Below, piece after piece: positions 21,901 to 30,550 of a stretch of 49,563 bases of DNA. Both the position numbers and the translations under genes were made by a program. Below the pieces are notes generated by a model that worked only from the letters and a program-made list of their open reading frames with translations, searched no databases and had not been told where the DNA came from. The DNA lies in the NCBI GenBank assembly GCA_038217255.1, contig JBBQPP010000001.1, positions 1 through 49,563 of the forward strand, read 5' to 3'. How positions within the stretch are numbered: the first letter of the stretch is position 1; each line of letters begins with the position of its first letter. The DNA comes from Bacteroidales bacterium. GTDB taxonomy: Bacteria > Bacteroidota > Bacteroidia > Bacteroidales > Prolixibacteraceae.

Positions 21901-24900
21901 CCATTTCAGTTGCGAAGGCTCAAACGATGGTGTTATAACCATTGATGTTAACGGTGGAACTCCTGATTATTGGTATGCTGTTAACAACCCGAATGCTTGG
22001 GTTGCAATTGGCGCGGATAAAACATCAAAAACTTACATTGCAACTGAACCTGGTATGTTTATTCTTTGGGTAAAAGATGCCAATGGATGTATTACTCAGC
22101 CTGATACTGTTTATATTCTCGAACCTACTGCACTTAGTGCAAATGTTACAGTTGACAATAACGTATCTTGTAATGGCGGATCCGATGGACAGATTACCGT
22201 TGTGGGTACAGGCGGTTGGGCAGGAATGTCAAATTATCAATTTAAAGTTAATGCTGGGGCATGGACTAGCTCAACAGTTCTTACTGGATTGCCAGCTGGA
22301 ACACATACTCTATATATTAAGGACGTAAATTCATATGGTAACCCATATCAGAATTTAGATTGTGAATACAGTGTTAGTTTTACAATTATACAACCTACAA
22401 AAATTACTTATGATGTAGTTATTGCAGATGTAAAATGTAAAGACGGTGCTGATGGAATGTTGACTGTGAATGTACTTAGCGGAGGAACTCCATGGAATTT
22501 CCCATTGACCCCTGCAAGTAGTGGCTATGATGTTAAAATAACAGGAGATGTCTATGATAGCGGTTGGAAAAGAACCGGTGCAGATTTCTCTTATACTTTT
22601 GATCAGTTAGCACACTCACACTATACAGTTTATATACAAGATTCAAGAGGATGTATATTGTTCTCTACTGTTGGTAACACCACGAGTCCATATACAACTA
22701 TCGAGTCTTGGGAAGTTAATGAACCAGATACTTATCTTACACTTGAGCCAGAATGGTTAAAAGATGCAATGTGCTATGGTAGCGTAGATGGTGAAGTTAA
22801 ATTTGTAGCTGCCGGCGGTACTGCTCCATATAAATATTATGCTGGTCTTTCGATCGAACCTGATGGACACGTGCTTACACCAGCACCACCTGCTGCAAAT
22901 TCAGCATTGTGGAGTACTAAAGACACTATGATGGTTGGTGCAGGTACATGGGTTGTTTGGGTATTGGATAACAACGGTTGTATGGTTGGTGGTGAATATG
23001 AAAATAGCGTACCGGTTAACAAATGGCGCGTTAAAGTGGAACAACCTGACAGCATTATGTGGGATTGGCATTGGATGGGAACAACACCAAGATATAAACA
23101 TTATGCGCGGCCTTCTTGCTATGGTACATGGGATGGACAGGTGCATCTTACAAATATAAGCGGTGGTTCTGGAGTATATAACGCTCACGTTTGGGGTATG
23201 AGTGCAGAAGGAGAAATGGTGGACTCAATCTATACGAATATTAAATTGGATGGAATACTATATAAACTTGGTGGAGTGCCTTCAAGTGATGCTGATGGAT
23301 TCATGGTTACAGTTACAGATGAAAATGGTTGTGTTTCTAAAGAAGATACAATCTTCATCGGACAACCAGACGAATTGATGGTTACATTACAGGAAAGTCC
23401 TGATAACTACTCTTGTTTTGGAGCAGTTGAAGGTTGGATTGAAGCAACAGCTGTTGGTGGTAATGGAAATTATGAATACCAATTGTTGAAAAATGGTGTA
23501 GTACATACACCTTGGCAAAGTATAGCAAGCGCATTCTTAGTGCAAGTTGGAAACAAGTTTACTGTTGAAGTTAGAGATTCAAAAAGTTGTACTGCTTCTG
23601 CAGAACTTGATATGCCGACTCCTATGAAAGTTGAATATACTGCTATTGACTTGTCTTGTAAAGACGATGTAAAAGCATCAGTGGAAATTATGGCTACTGG
23701 AACACCTGGTCGTATGTTTAATGTTTGGTATAAGGAAATTGGAGATTTAATTCCAACGACTAATCCGTTTATTAAATACAACGGTTCGTTTGTGGAATCA
23801 GTGGTTATCAATGATGTTTTCCTTTATGATAACGAAAACTATGTTGACCGTCATTATGCAGTTTATGTAGAAGACGACCATGGATGTGTTTCTGCAATGG
23901 ATACTTTGACATTCGACCAAGTACAATCTGCAGTTACTGTAACTACTACAATAGGGGACGTTACTGAATGTACTGAGACTTATACTATTACTTCTGTGGT
24001 TGGCGGTGTAAAACCTGCTGATGGTTACATTGTAATGGTTAATGATAGTGTAGTGACTGACTGGACTATTGTATTGCCAAGAGGTATGTACACTATTAAA
24101 GTTATGGATGCACACATGTGTGGTAGTGAGGAAATGATAGAGGTTGTTGGGATGTATGTTACACGCGATACAATTGTTGAAACATATATTGACGAAGAGG
24201 TTGCATTTAGTGATGTTGAAGCCAGTATTGTGGATTCTATGTTGACTGTTGGTGATTACTCATGGGTTTACATGAATGGAGATTGCGAAAGAACCTTGAA
24301 TGTAACTGTTGTCGAAGTTCCTCGTCCATACACAATTGCTGAAGTACAAGGAGAAGGCGATAGTTCACCGATCGAAGGTAAAATTGCTAAAATAACTGGT
24401 ACTGTTACTGCAATCGCACCTGGTGAAGGTTTCTTCGTGCAAGATGCAAATGCTGCTAACAGTGGTATTTGGATTGAACAAAGTGGTGTAAACGACTTAG
24501 GAATTTCCGTTGGTGATGGAGTTTCAGTGGTTGGTGAAGTTGCTGAAATTGCTTCAGTAACTAGTATTGTTGCAACTGATGTTATGGATGCCGAAGGTAC
24601 AATAGCAATTACTGCAATGGAAGTTAATCCAACTATGGCTGAGGCTGAAATGTATGAAAGTGTTTTGGTTATAGTACCTGGAGCTCGCGCGTCAGCAGCA
24701 GATGCTGGTACTGGCGAGTGGAGTATATATTATGAAAGTGCAGATAACATTATTGTTAATGATTGGTTGTATTCTTCGACACCTACTGTAGGAGACTTTT
24801 ATAATGTTACAGGTATTGTAAATGGAAGACTTGATGCTTTCAAACTGGAACCAAGAATGGAAAGTGATGTTGTTAATGTAACTGCAACAAAAACTAAACC

Positions 24901-25144
24901 TGAATTAGTAAATGCATTCCAGGTTTATCCTAATCCGTTTAATGAACAAATTTTAATAAAAAATAGCGAAAAAGTAACCAGGATTGTTGTTAGCAACATA
25001 GCTGGACAAAGAGTTATTGATATTGAAAATCCGACTCGCGAAATCCGTACTGCTAATCTGGTAAGCGGCATATACGTAGTCAGTCTTTATACTGAAAACG
25101 GAATTGTCAAAACAGAAAGGATGATTAAGAGTAGTAAGAGGTAA
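18959..25144 (+). CDS. Large T9SS-secreted surface protein: cohesin-like N-domain, about 16-17 SprB-type repeats, two OB-fold domains, type A CTD
   Basis: Signal peptide (FGYA-QE); repeated C-x5-G-x-I...GGT-x-PY-x-YS...GTY-x-V-x-V-x-D-x-N-x-C units; YTIAEVQG...ITGTVTA...FFVQD OB-fold; VYPNPF...SNIAGQ...SGIYVV...ERMIK CTD. Confidence 0.9.
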   Translation: MRKSFTWFLSLMVLLTAFATFGYAQEEQETVELYAGKTASCYMQGNDYTVNVAVRDFIKLTKFDLGLSFNDLVYTFVNVTDVNSSLTGLSTSITPVALGPDVLNLNWTGTAATIGDNVKTDVIKLHFKLKGFPANTAVSYPTDLIWTKKNFWYTTSASVYDAVNTVIAADGELKVNVSLTGIQTELTTETCAGEDVMVKVTAPAASMYLFNEDPIVANWNWSASNEYLAKAGESVTIRVKSADGCMSLMDELLLPETLDSVRFTVTTQNPLCYLGKGSVVINPTGGTAPYTYWISSNADGSGAVKKTNFQFSQGPGTYYVSIMDANDCTVLDPWKMITIVDENTPIVITETVTNVLCYGQAAGSIAVSVSGGATMVSIDGNTWKNLVSSAYTFNNVPAGTYTVWAKNANDCEVSKKDIKITQPVGAIAFNIKINDTSCGGDNDGIITVSNVTGGTAPYSYSIDGSDFANTTGVFSGLMPTYYSLWVRDANGCTVAYNNPNGTKNTIAVQSPKDIKYIVTVTNPTCNDDNAKITISNVTGGTGSYTYSFDGGSAWDTLKTMEWAVPYAPVTIWVANAGGACPVEYVVDTEDVTNPDAINVAVLDQLAPTCIDGNDGNITLHITGGIKPYYYSINGSAWRMTEKEYTNVKVNVGTHNILVKDANGCEWDTEINETITLEESIIEATSDTHIDCFGTKTGTISVDFSSWAEGLTGDAPNRNVTYWIQNETGNVSSFVPSNQGGTATLFNAGIYVVWVVDQYTCESNMDSVWVTQNDELLIADVTSNGASCFETFEGVITLYATGGNTADLEYAVVNNEGALGNITDDKWLPFDTYNPLVKPALSTVSFQVDAGTYWLAVRDDNCSELNYGPVVVEGYTELLVDEDAIDYTDPKCYESNDGTINVPMIAVSGGAGSYKFTLWMSEGEGGWVEMEDYIAQATGMFTGLSAGTYKVLVEDAEDCPSYTTGDIVLVDPELLTFDTEITHFSCEGSNDGVITIDVNGGTPDYWYAVNNPNAWVAIGADKTSKTYIATEPGMFILWVKDANGCITQPDTVYILEPTALSANVTVDNNVSCNGGSDGQITVVGTGGWAGMSNYQFKVNAGAWTSSTVLTGLPAGTHTLYIKDVNSYGNPYQNLDCEYSVSFTIIQPTKITYDVVIADVKCKDGADGMLTVNVLSGGTPWNFPLTPASSGYDVKITGDVYDSGWKRTGADFSYTFDQLAHSHYTVYIQDSRGCILFSTVGNTTSPYTTIESWEVNEPDTYLTLEPEWLKDAMCYGSVDGEVKFVAAGGTAPYKYYAGLSIEPDGHVLTPAPPAANSALWSTKDTMMVGAGTWVVWVLDNNGCMVGGEYENSVPVNKWRVKVEQPDSIMWDWHWMGTTPRYKHYARPSCYGTWDGQVHLTNISGGSGVYNAHVWGMSAEGEMVDSIYTNIKLDGILYKLGGVPSSDADGFMVTVTDENGCVSKEDTIFIGQPDELMVTLQESPDNYSCFGAVEGWIEATAVGGNGNYEYQLLKNGVVHTPWQSIASAFLVQVGNKFTVEVRDSKSCTASAELDMPTPMKVEYTAIDLSCKDDVKASVEIMATGTPGRMFNVWYKEIGDLIPTTNPFIKYNGSFVESVVINDVFLYDNENYVDRHYAVYVEDDHGCVSAMDTLTFDQVQSAVTVTTTIGDVTECTETYTITSVVGGVKPADGYIVMVNDSVVTDWTIVLPRGMYTIKVMDAHMCGSEEMIEVVGMYVTRDTIVETYIDEEVAFSDVEASIVDSMLTVGDYSWVYMNGDCERTLNVTVVEVPRPYTIAEVQGEGDSSPIEGKIAKITGTVTAIAPGEGFFVQDANAANSGIWIEQSGVNDLGISVGDGVSVVGEVAEIASVTSIVATDVMDAEGTIAITAMEVNPTMAEAEMYESVLVIVPGARASAADAGTGEWSIYYESADNIIVNDWLYSSTPTVGDFYNVTGIVNGRLDAFKLEPRMESDVVNVTATKTKPELVNAFQVYPNPFNEQILIKNSEKVTRIVVSNIAGQRVIDIENPTREIRTANLVSGIYVVSLYTENGIVKTERMIKSSKR

Positions 25145-25161
25145 TACCGAATTGATTGATT

Positions 25162-25194
25162 AAAAAGGGAAGCTATTAGCTTCCCTTTTTTTTT
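25162..25194. terminator. Intrinsic terminator after the large T9SS gene (probably bidirectional)
   Basis: AAAAAGGGAAGCT / AGCTTCCCTTTTT stem with a T9 tract. Confidence 0.88.
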
Positions 25195-25318
25195 GCAATT
25201 TATTTTTTACTGTTGATCTAATATTATAACATGTATTTGTATGCATTAATGTTATACCAACTTTAATTTCCTGTTTTTTAATCGAATACAAAAGGAGCAA
25301 GGAATTTTTTGAAAAGTA

Positions 25319-26038
25319 TTAATCAGCAAGAAAATGTTTGATATGTATCATAAAATCCTGTCGGTAGCTATTGCCAATGGGAAGCTTTATGTTGTTGATT
25401 TTTACAGTATTTCCTTCAATGGATTCAATTTTATCGATTGATATTATATATGATTTGTGAATTCTGTAAAATAATGGTTTTGGAAGCAGGGTTTCAATTT
25501 TTTTCATTGATAGATTGGTTACAAATTTTTTGTCGTGCAAATAGATTTTAATGTAATCGCCCAAACCTTCGATGTAAATAATACTTGAAATATTTACTTT
25601 AATAGATTTTTTGTCGGATTTTATAAAAATGAAATCATTGTGTTTTTCGTACACATCATTATTGTTGGCCGTTTGTTTCAGTACATACATTTCTTCAGCT
25701 CGAAAATAAGCTTTGCAAAATCGTTCAAAAGAAAATGGTTTTTTCAAATAATCTATTATGTCCAACTCATATCCCTCCATCGCGTATTCAGAGTAAGCGG
25801 TTGTAAAAATAACAAGTGGCGGATTTTTTAGACTTTTTAAAAATTCAATTCCTGACAGTTTTGGCATGTTAATATCCAGAAAGATTATATCCACACTTTT
25901 AGTTTGAAGAATTTGATGCGCACAAATAGCATCTTCACATTCGCCTACAATATTTAGGGTTGGTATTTTTTTCGCATATTCCCTAATTACATTACGTGCT
26001 AAGGGTTCATCATCAATTATTATTCCTTTTATGTCCAT
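25319..26038 (-). CDS. LytR/AlgR-family response regulator (REC + LytTR)
   Basis: IIDDEPLA, FLDINMP, FTTAY, DYLKKP and RIHKSYI motifs. Confidence 0.95.
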   Translation of the reverse strand: MDIKGIIIDDEPLARNVIREYAKKIPTLNIVGECEDAICAHQILQTKSVDIIFLDINMPKLSGIEFLKSLKNPPLVIFTTAYSEYAMEGYELDIIDYLKKPFSFERFCKAYFRAEEMYVLKQTANNNDVYEKHNDFIFIKSDKKSIKVNISSIIYIEGLGDYIKIYLHDKKFVTNLSMKKIETLLPKPLFYRIHKSYIISIDKIESIEGNTVKINNIKLPIGNSYRQDFMIHIKHFLAD

Positions 26039-27092
26039 TTTCTATTAGTTTAAGTTCAAGAAATACTCTGTGGATATTGTCTTTTTTTAGGATGGTCAAT
26101 TTGAAATCATTTGGTTGATATAATAACTTTAATCTCTTTTTAACGTTGTTTAATCCAATTCCTGAATTGGTATGTCTTTGCATAAACATTTCTTCGTAAT
26201 TATTTTCAATTTCGAAAAGTATTTTATTCGTATTTACAAAGTTAAATGTGATATGTATAAAATCAGAACTCCCAGCACCTGGTAATCCATGTTTAAAAGC
26301 GTTATCAATAAATGGTTCGAATAGTAATGGAGCAATTTTCGCACAAGGGATTGTACCTACTATATTATATTTAATTTTGGTTTGGTTAGAAGTGCGAATC
26401 CTTTGAAGTTCAATAAAATTATTTACAAATTCCAGTTCCTTTTCAATCAAGATATAATTTTCTTTTGAATCATAAATTATATGTCTCATCAAATCAGATA
26501 GTTTCAAAATCAATTCCGGTACTTTGTTTGAATTTATTAAAGCCAACGAATAAATATTGTTTAGTGAATTGAATAGGAAATGTGGATTTAACTGACCTTT
26601 TAAAGTGTTCAACTCTGCCTCAAGTTTTTGTTGTTCGATTTTTACAAGTTTCAAATTGATGTCCTGCAATGACAGCCAATCATTTATCAATTTTAGAAAT
26701 GAAGTTACAACAACAAATAGTAGTGTTGAAAAAAAATATGCAGAATGAAGGTTTAGGTTGAACTGGGTAAAACCATTGAAGCCAAGCATATTTCGTAATG
26801 GATATATAAATAGAAATTGAAGTGTTACACTAATGGTGGTTATTAAAACTATAAGCCAAAATATGTAAAAGATGTAATTTTTTTGTTTTAAAAATTTCGG
26901 GATAAGCAAAAGTAAATTTATATATACAGCAACTGCAAAAAATAAATTGGTAATAATTGATTTTTCAACCAGGTTAAAGCTAAATTTCTCATCGTAAAAA
27001 TAGAAAAGTAAGGTTAGCAAGGAAATGCTGGATAACCAGAAAATAACATGTCCAACTAATTTAAACCGATAATATAGTCTTCTTTTCTTCAT
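26013..27092 (-). CDS. LytS/YehU-type membrane sensor histidine kinase
   Basis: About four N-terminal TM segments; QLNPHFLFNSLNNIY, NAFKHG and GIGLNNVKKRL motifs. Confidence 0.93.
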   Translation of the reverse strand: MKKRRLYYRFKLVGHVIFWLSSISLLTLLFYFYDEKFSFNLVEKSIITNLFFAVAVYINLLLLIPKFLKQKNYIFYIFWLIVLITTISVTLQFLFIYPLRNMLGFNGFTQFNLNLHSAYFFSTLLFVVVTSFLKLINDWLSLQDINLKLVKIEQQKLEAELNTLKGQLNPHFLFNSLNNIYSLALINSNKVPELILKLSDLMRHIIYDSKENYILIEKELEFVNNFIELQRIRTSNQTKIKYNIVGTIPCAKIAPLLFEPFIDNAFKHGLPGAGSSDFIHITFNFVNTNKILFEIENNYEEMFMQRHTNSGIGLNNVKKRLKLLYQPNDFKLTILKKDNIHRVFLELKLIENGHKRNNN

Positions 27093-27803
27093 TTAAATAC
27101 GATCACGTTTGTAAAATATTTTATTAAAATAGTAAAGCAGTGGTTTTGAGTATTTTAAATGTTTCCACGGACGGCTCGAATGCGGTAAGTGAATAACCTC
27201 AAGTCCTTTTGCCAGATAATTATTAAAACCCAGTTTTTTTGATTGGCGGCTGATATATACATCAAACCAATCCTTATTCTGAGAAAGTATTTTAAAATCA
27301 AATTTCTGAAGAAACTCAGTTGAAATCAATGTACAGCAAAAACTCAAACTGTGCGAAGTGTTTAAAATATCGTCACTTTTGACTTTTTCAAAAGTATATG
27401 GAAAGTTATAGTTGCCAGATTCATCAACAGTAATTGCCCCTATCAAACCCGGTCTTTGTTTGGTCTGTAATAGCTCAAGCAATCCGCTCAATGTATCAGG
27501 TTTTATTAATACGTCCGATTCAATAATTATTAATGGACAATTAGTTTTCACTGCTAATTTTTGAGAAATTTCAAGAACCAACTTATAGTTTGGAGAAGGA
27601 TTTTTAGTAATATCTTCCAGATTGATAAGTTGAAAATTGTATTCTTCCTTAACTTTTTCAAGAAACTCTTTAGTTTCAAACTGGCTAAAATCGTTAAACA
27701 CATAATGTTCGAAATCACCATTTGCTTCTGAAATTGCCTTTATTGTTCGGCTGGTTGTATTTAACGAATCTTTTACAGGCGTTATGATTATTGCTTCTGG
27801 CAT
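27093..27803 (-). CDS. Glycosyltransferase family 2-like (GT-A) protein
   Basis: IIITPVKD, VFNDFS, IIESDV (DxD-like ESD) and HLPHSSR motifs; ATG at 27803 avoids overlap with the SDR gene. Confidence 0.75.
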   Translation of the reverse strand: MPEAIIITPVKDSLNTTSRTIKAISEANGDFEHYVFNDFSQFETKEFLEKVKEEYNFQLINLEDITKNPSPNYKLVLEISQKLAVKTNCPLIIIESDVLIKPDTLSGLLELLQTKQRPGLIGAITVDESGNYNFPYTFEKVKSDDILNTSHSLSFCCTLISTEFLQKFDFKILSQNKDWFDVYISRQSKKLGFNNYLAKGLEVIHLPHSSRPWKHLKYSKPLLYYFNKIFYKRDRI

Positions 27804-27837
27804 TCTACTTTTTTTGTGATGTACAAAACTATCAAAA

Positions 27838-28605
27838 TCAATCGACTTCCCTACGATTAAAATCACGTGAGAATGCCTGATCAGTTGGCATTATTAACAC
27901 ATCATCGATATTGACGTGTTTTGGGCGGGTAACAACAAACAGGATAGTCTCGGCTATATCTTGTGCAAAAAGTGGTGTAAAACCTTTGTAAACCTGTTTT
28001 GCTTTGTTTTTGTCACCATCGAAGCGCACCAGTGAAAATTCAGTTTCCACTGCGCCCGGACTAACTGAACTTACTTTAATTCCATGTTTAAGCAAATCAA
28101 TTCGCATCCCTTTTGTTATCGATTGAACAGCATGTTTACTGGCACAGTAAACATTTCCAAACGGATAGGTTTCTTTGCCCGCTATGGAAGAAATGTTAAT
28201 TATATGGCCTTTGCCCCGATCAATCATTTTAGGTGTAATCAATCTGGTCATATAAAGTAACCCTTTAATATTGGTATCAATCATCCTTTCCCAATCGTCA
28301 ATGTTGCCTTCCTGAAACGGGCTATAACCGGCAGCTAATCCTGCGTTATTTATCAAAACACCAATGTTTTGCCATTCTTCCGGCAGATTATTTATGGCAG
28401 CTTCATTTTCATTCAAATTTCTAATGTCAAAATTTGAAATGAAAACTTCAGAATTTGATTCTGACAGTATTTTTTCTTTTAATAGAATAAGTCTCTCTTT
28501 TCGGCGACCGGTAATTATAACATTGTAATTGTTTTTTGCAAGTAGTAATGCTGTTGCCTCTCCAATACCGGAAGTAGCGCCTGTAATTAATACAATTGGT
28601 TTCAT
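27838..28605 (-). CDS. Short-chain dehydrogenase/reductase (YdfG-like, NADP-dependent)
   Basis: TGATSGIG, TGRR, NNAG, YCASK catalytic motif and PGAVETEF. Confidence 0.93.
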   Translation of the reverse strand: MKPIVLITGATSGIGEATALLLAKNNYNVIITGRRKERLILLKEKILSESNSEVFISNFDIRNLNENEAAINNLPEEWQNIGVLINNAGLAAGYSPFQEGNIDDWERMIDTNIKGLLYMTRLITPKMIDRGKGHIINISSIAGKETYPFGNVYCASKHAVQSITKGMRIDLLKHGIKVSSVSPGAVETEFSLVRFDGDKNKAKQVYKGFTPLFAQDIAETILFVVTRPKHVNIDDVLIMPTDQAFSRDFNRREVD

Positions 28606-28677
28606 TTTTATTGTTTTGGATTATAATCCCGAAATTAAAAAAAACATCAAAATTTATGGAATAATGGCCTACTTAAT

Positions 28678-28685
28678 TACCTTTG
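28678..28685 (+). promoter_or_regulatory. Bacteroidota -7 element for the half-PurL/menG/porT unit
   Basis: TACCTTTG 31 nt upstream of the ATG at 28717. Confidence 0.6.
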
Positions 28686-28716
28686 CTTTCGGATAATTTA
28701 CAAATATTAAAGCATT

Positions 28717-29757
28717 ATGAGTGATGTTATTCAAGCAGAAAAAAGTTTTACAATCGAATCAATTTCCGAACCGGAAAATTTGGAAGATGTAATCTATTCG
28801 TTGATGGTTAACCCAAATTTGTCGAGTATCAATTATTTCAATGATTTTGGTGAATTAAATATTTCACCCGATTCAATTGGCGATTCGGATACCGATGAAA
28901 CAGGGTTGTTTGATTTTGAAGCAATTGGAAGTAAGATTGTATTAAGTACCCATGCGTTTCACCATCATTTACAGAATGATCCGCAAAAGGCAACTGAAAT
29001 CTTAATTTCGAGGGCTGCTCGAAAAATGATTTGTGCGGGGGCAAAACCCACAGCAATTAGTGCTTTTTTATATCATATTAATTTTGCCGATCCCAAAGGA
29101 CAGTTTATTGCGGCCGGGGCAAAAAAAGGTTTGGAAAATGCAGCCAGTAAATTTGAACTAAAAATTACTGACAAAAAAATCAGGTTCGATCATTTCTCTC
29201 AACACGGTCCGGTTCCGCCAACCATTATTGTTAGTATGATGGGGTTGATAAAGGATAGTGAGAATATTACAACGCATTCTTTTAAACATAAAGGGAATAA
29301 TATTTTTCTAATTGGCCGGACCACCGATGATATAGGATCTTCTGAATATCTCGAATTTTATCATGAAATTGCCGATTCGCAGTTGCCAGAGTTTGATATC
29401 AATGAGGAATTTAAAATACAAGTGGCAATTAATAAATTGAACGAATTAAAATTAATTGATAGTGCAAGTCCAGTTGGAAAGGGTGGATTGTTTTTTACAT
29501 TACTAAGGGCTGCTATTCCGAACGAATTAGGATTTGACATAACAACTGCTGCTGAAACCCGGATTGATGCATTTCTTTTTGGAGAAGCTATGGGTCGAAT
29601 TTTAGTTGAAGTTAAATCTGAAAACGAGGATGAATTTGTGGATGTTTTAACTGAACTAAAAGTTCCATTTTTTACTTTGGGGCACATTACCAAAGGCGAA
29701 ATACGGATTGACGACATGTCCTTGGGATATATTGATAAAATGACGGTAGGCGTTTAA
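28717..29757 (+). CDS. AIR synthase-related protein resembling the C-terminal half of small PurL, with altered conserved motifs
   Basis: NPNLSS, AARKMICAGAKP, IGSSEYL, GGLFFTLL, LGFDI and DAFLFGE match the PurL C-half; no N-terminal half is present. Confidence 0.75.
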   Translation: MSDVIQAEKSFTIESISEPENLEDVIYSLMVNPNLSSINYFNDFGELNISPDSIGDSDTDETGLFDFEAIGSKIVLSTHAFHHHLQNDPQKATEILISRAARKMICAGAKPTAISAFLYHINFADPKGQFIAAGAKKGLENAASKFELKITDKKIRFDHFSQHGPVPPTIIVSMMGLIKDSENITTHSFKHKGNNIFLIGRTTDDIGSSEYLEFYHEIADSQLPEFDINEEFKIQVAINKLNELKLIDSASPVGKGGLFFTLLRAAIPNELGFDITTAAETRIDAFLFGEAMGRILVEVKSENEDEFVDVLTELKVPFFTLGHITKGEIRIDDMSLGYIDKMTVGV

Positions 29758-30488
29758 TGACAGCTCTCCCCAATAAACTTTCTGAAAAATCAAAAAAAGA
29801 TCAGGTAGAAGAGATGTTCAACGATATCTCGCCGCGGTATGATCTTCTCAATCATTTGCTTTCGGCTAATATTGATAAATTGTGGCGAAGAAATGCAATT
29901 CAAAAACTTAAACCACATCAACCCAAACTTATATTAGATATTGCAACCGGAACGGGAGATTTTGCAATTGCCGCAGCACATATTAGCGAAACAAAAGTGA
30001 TTGGGATAGATATCTCAGAAGGGATGTTGGAAGTTGGGCGGAGAAAAGTTGAAAAAAAGAAACTTACAGGAACTATTGAATTGATTAAGGCAGATTCAGA
30101 AAACCTGCCTTTTGAAAGTGAAAAATTCGATGCAGCAATTGTTGGTTTTGGAGTACGAAACTTTGAAAACTTAAAAAAGGGGTTAACCGAAATTAATAGG
30201 GTTTTAAAACCAGGTGGTGTTTTTTATGTATTGGAGTTTTCGAAACCAATAAAATCACCTTACAAACAAATTTATCAATTCTATTTTACCAAAATATTAC
30301 CTTTGATTGGGCGAATGGTTTCCAAGAACAGCAATGCCTATACATATTTGCCTGAATCTGTAAATGAGTTCCCTGATGGTGAATTATTTTTGACTATTTT
30401 AACAGAAGTGGGCTTTGTGAAAAACAAATGTTTCCCGCAAACTTTTGGGATTGCTTCTATTTACGAAGCTTATAAATTGGAAAAATAG
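29757..30488 (+). CDS. menG: Demethylmenaquinone methyltransferase (UbiE/MenG)
   Basis: MFNDISPRYDLLNHLLS, LDIATGTGD, FGVRNF and AYTYLPESV motifs. Confidence 0.96.
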   Translation: MTALPNKLSEKSKKDQVEEMFNDISPRYDLLNHLLSANIDKLWRRNAIQKLKPHQPKLILDIATGTGDFAIAAAHISETKVIGIDISEGMLEVGRRKVEKKKLTGTIELIKADSENLPFESEKFDAAIVGFGVRNFENLKKGLTEINRVLKPGGVFYVLEFSKPIKSPYKQIYQFYFTKILPLIGRMVSKNSNAYTYLPESVNEFPDGELFLTILTEVGFVKNKCFPQTFGIASIYEAYKLEK

Positions 30489-30550
30489 GTTTTTTAATAC
30501 AATAAACTATAAAAATCAGTGTTTCTGAAAGACAGAGTAATTAATTACAG

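Noticed and set aside
19500-24300. Repeat region as a possible CRISPR, DGR or DNA tandem array
   Set aside because: Repetition is at the protein level only. I saw no identical DNA repeats, spacers, cas genes or reverse transcriptase.
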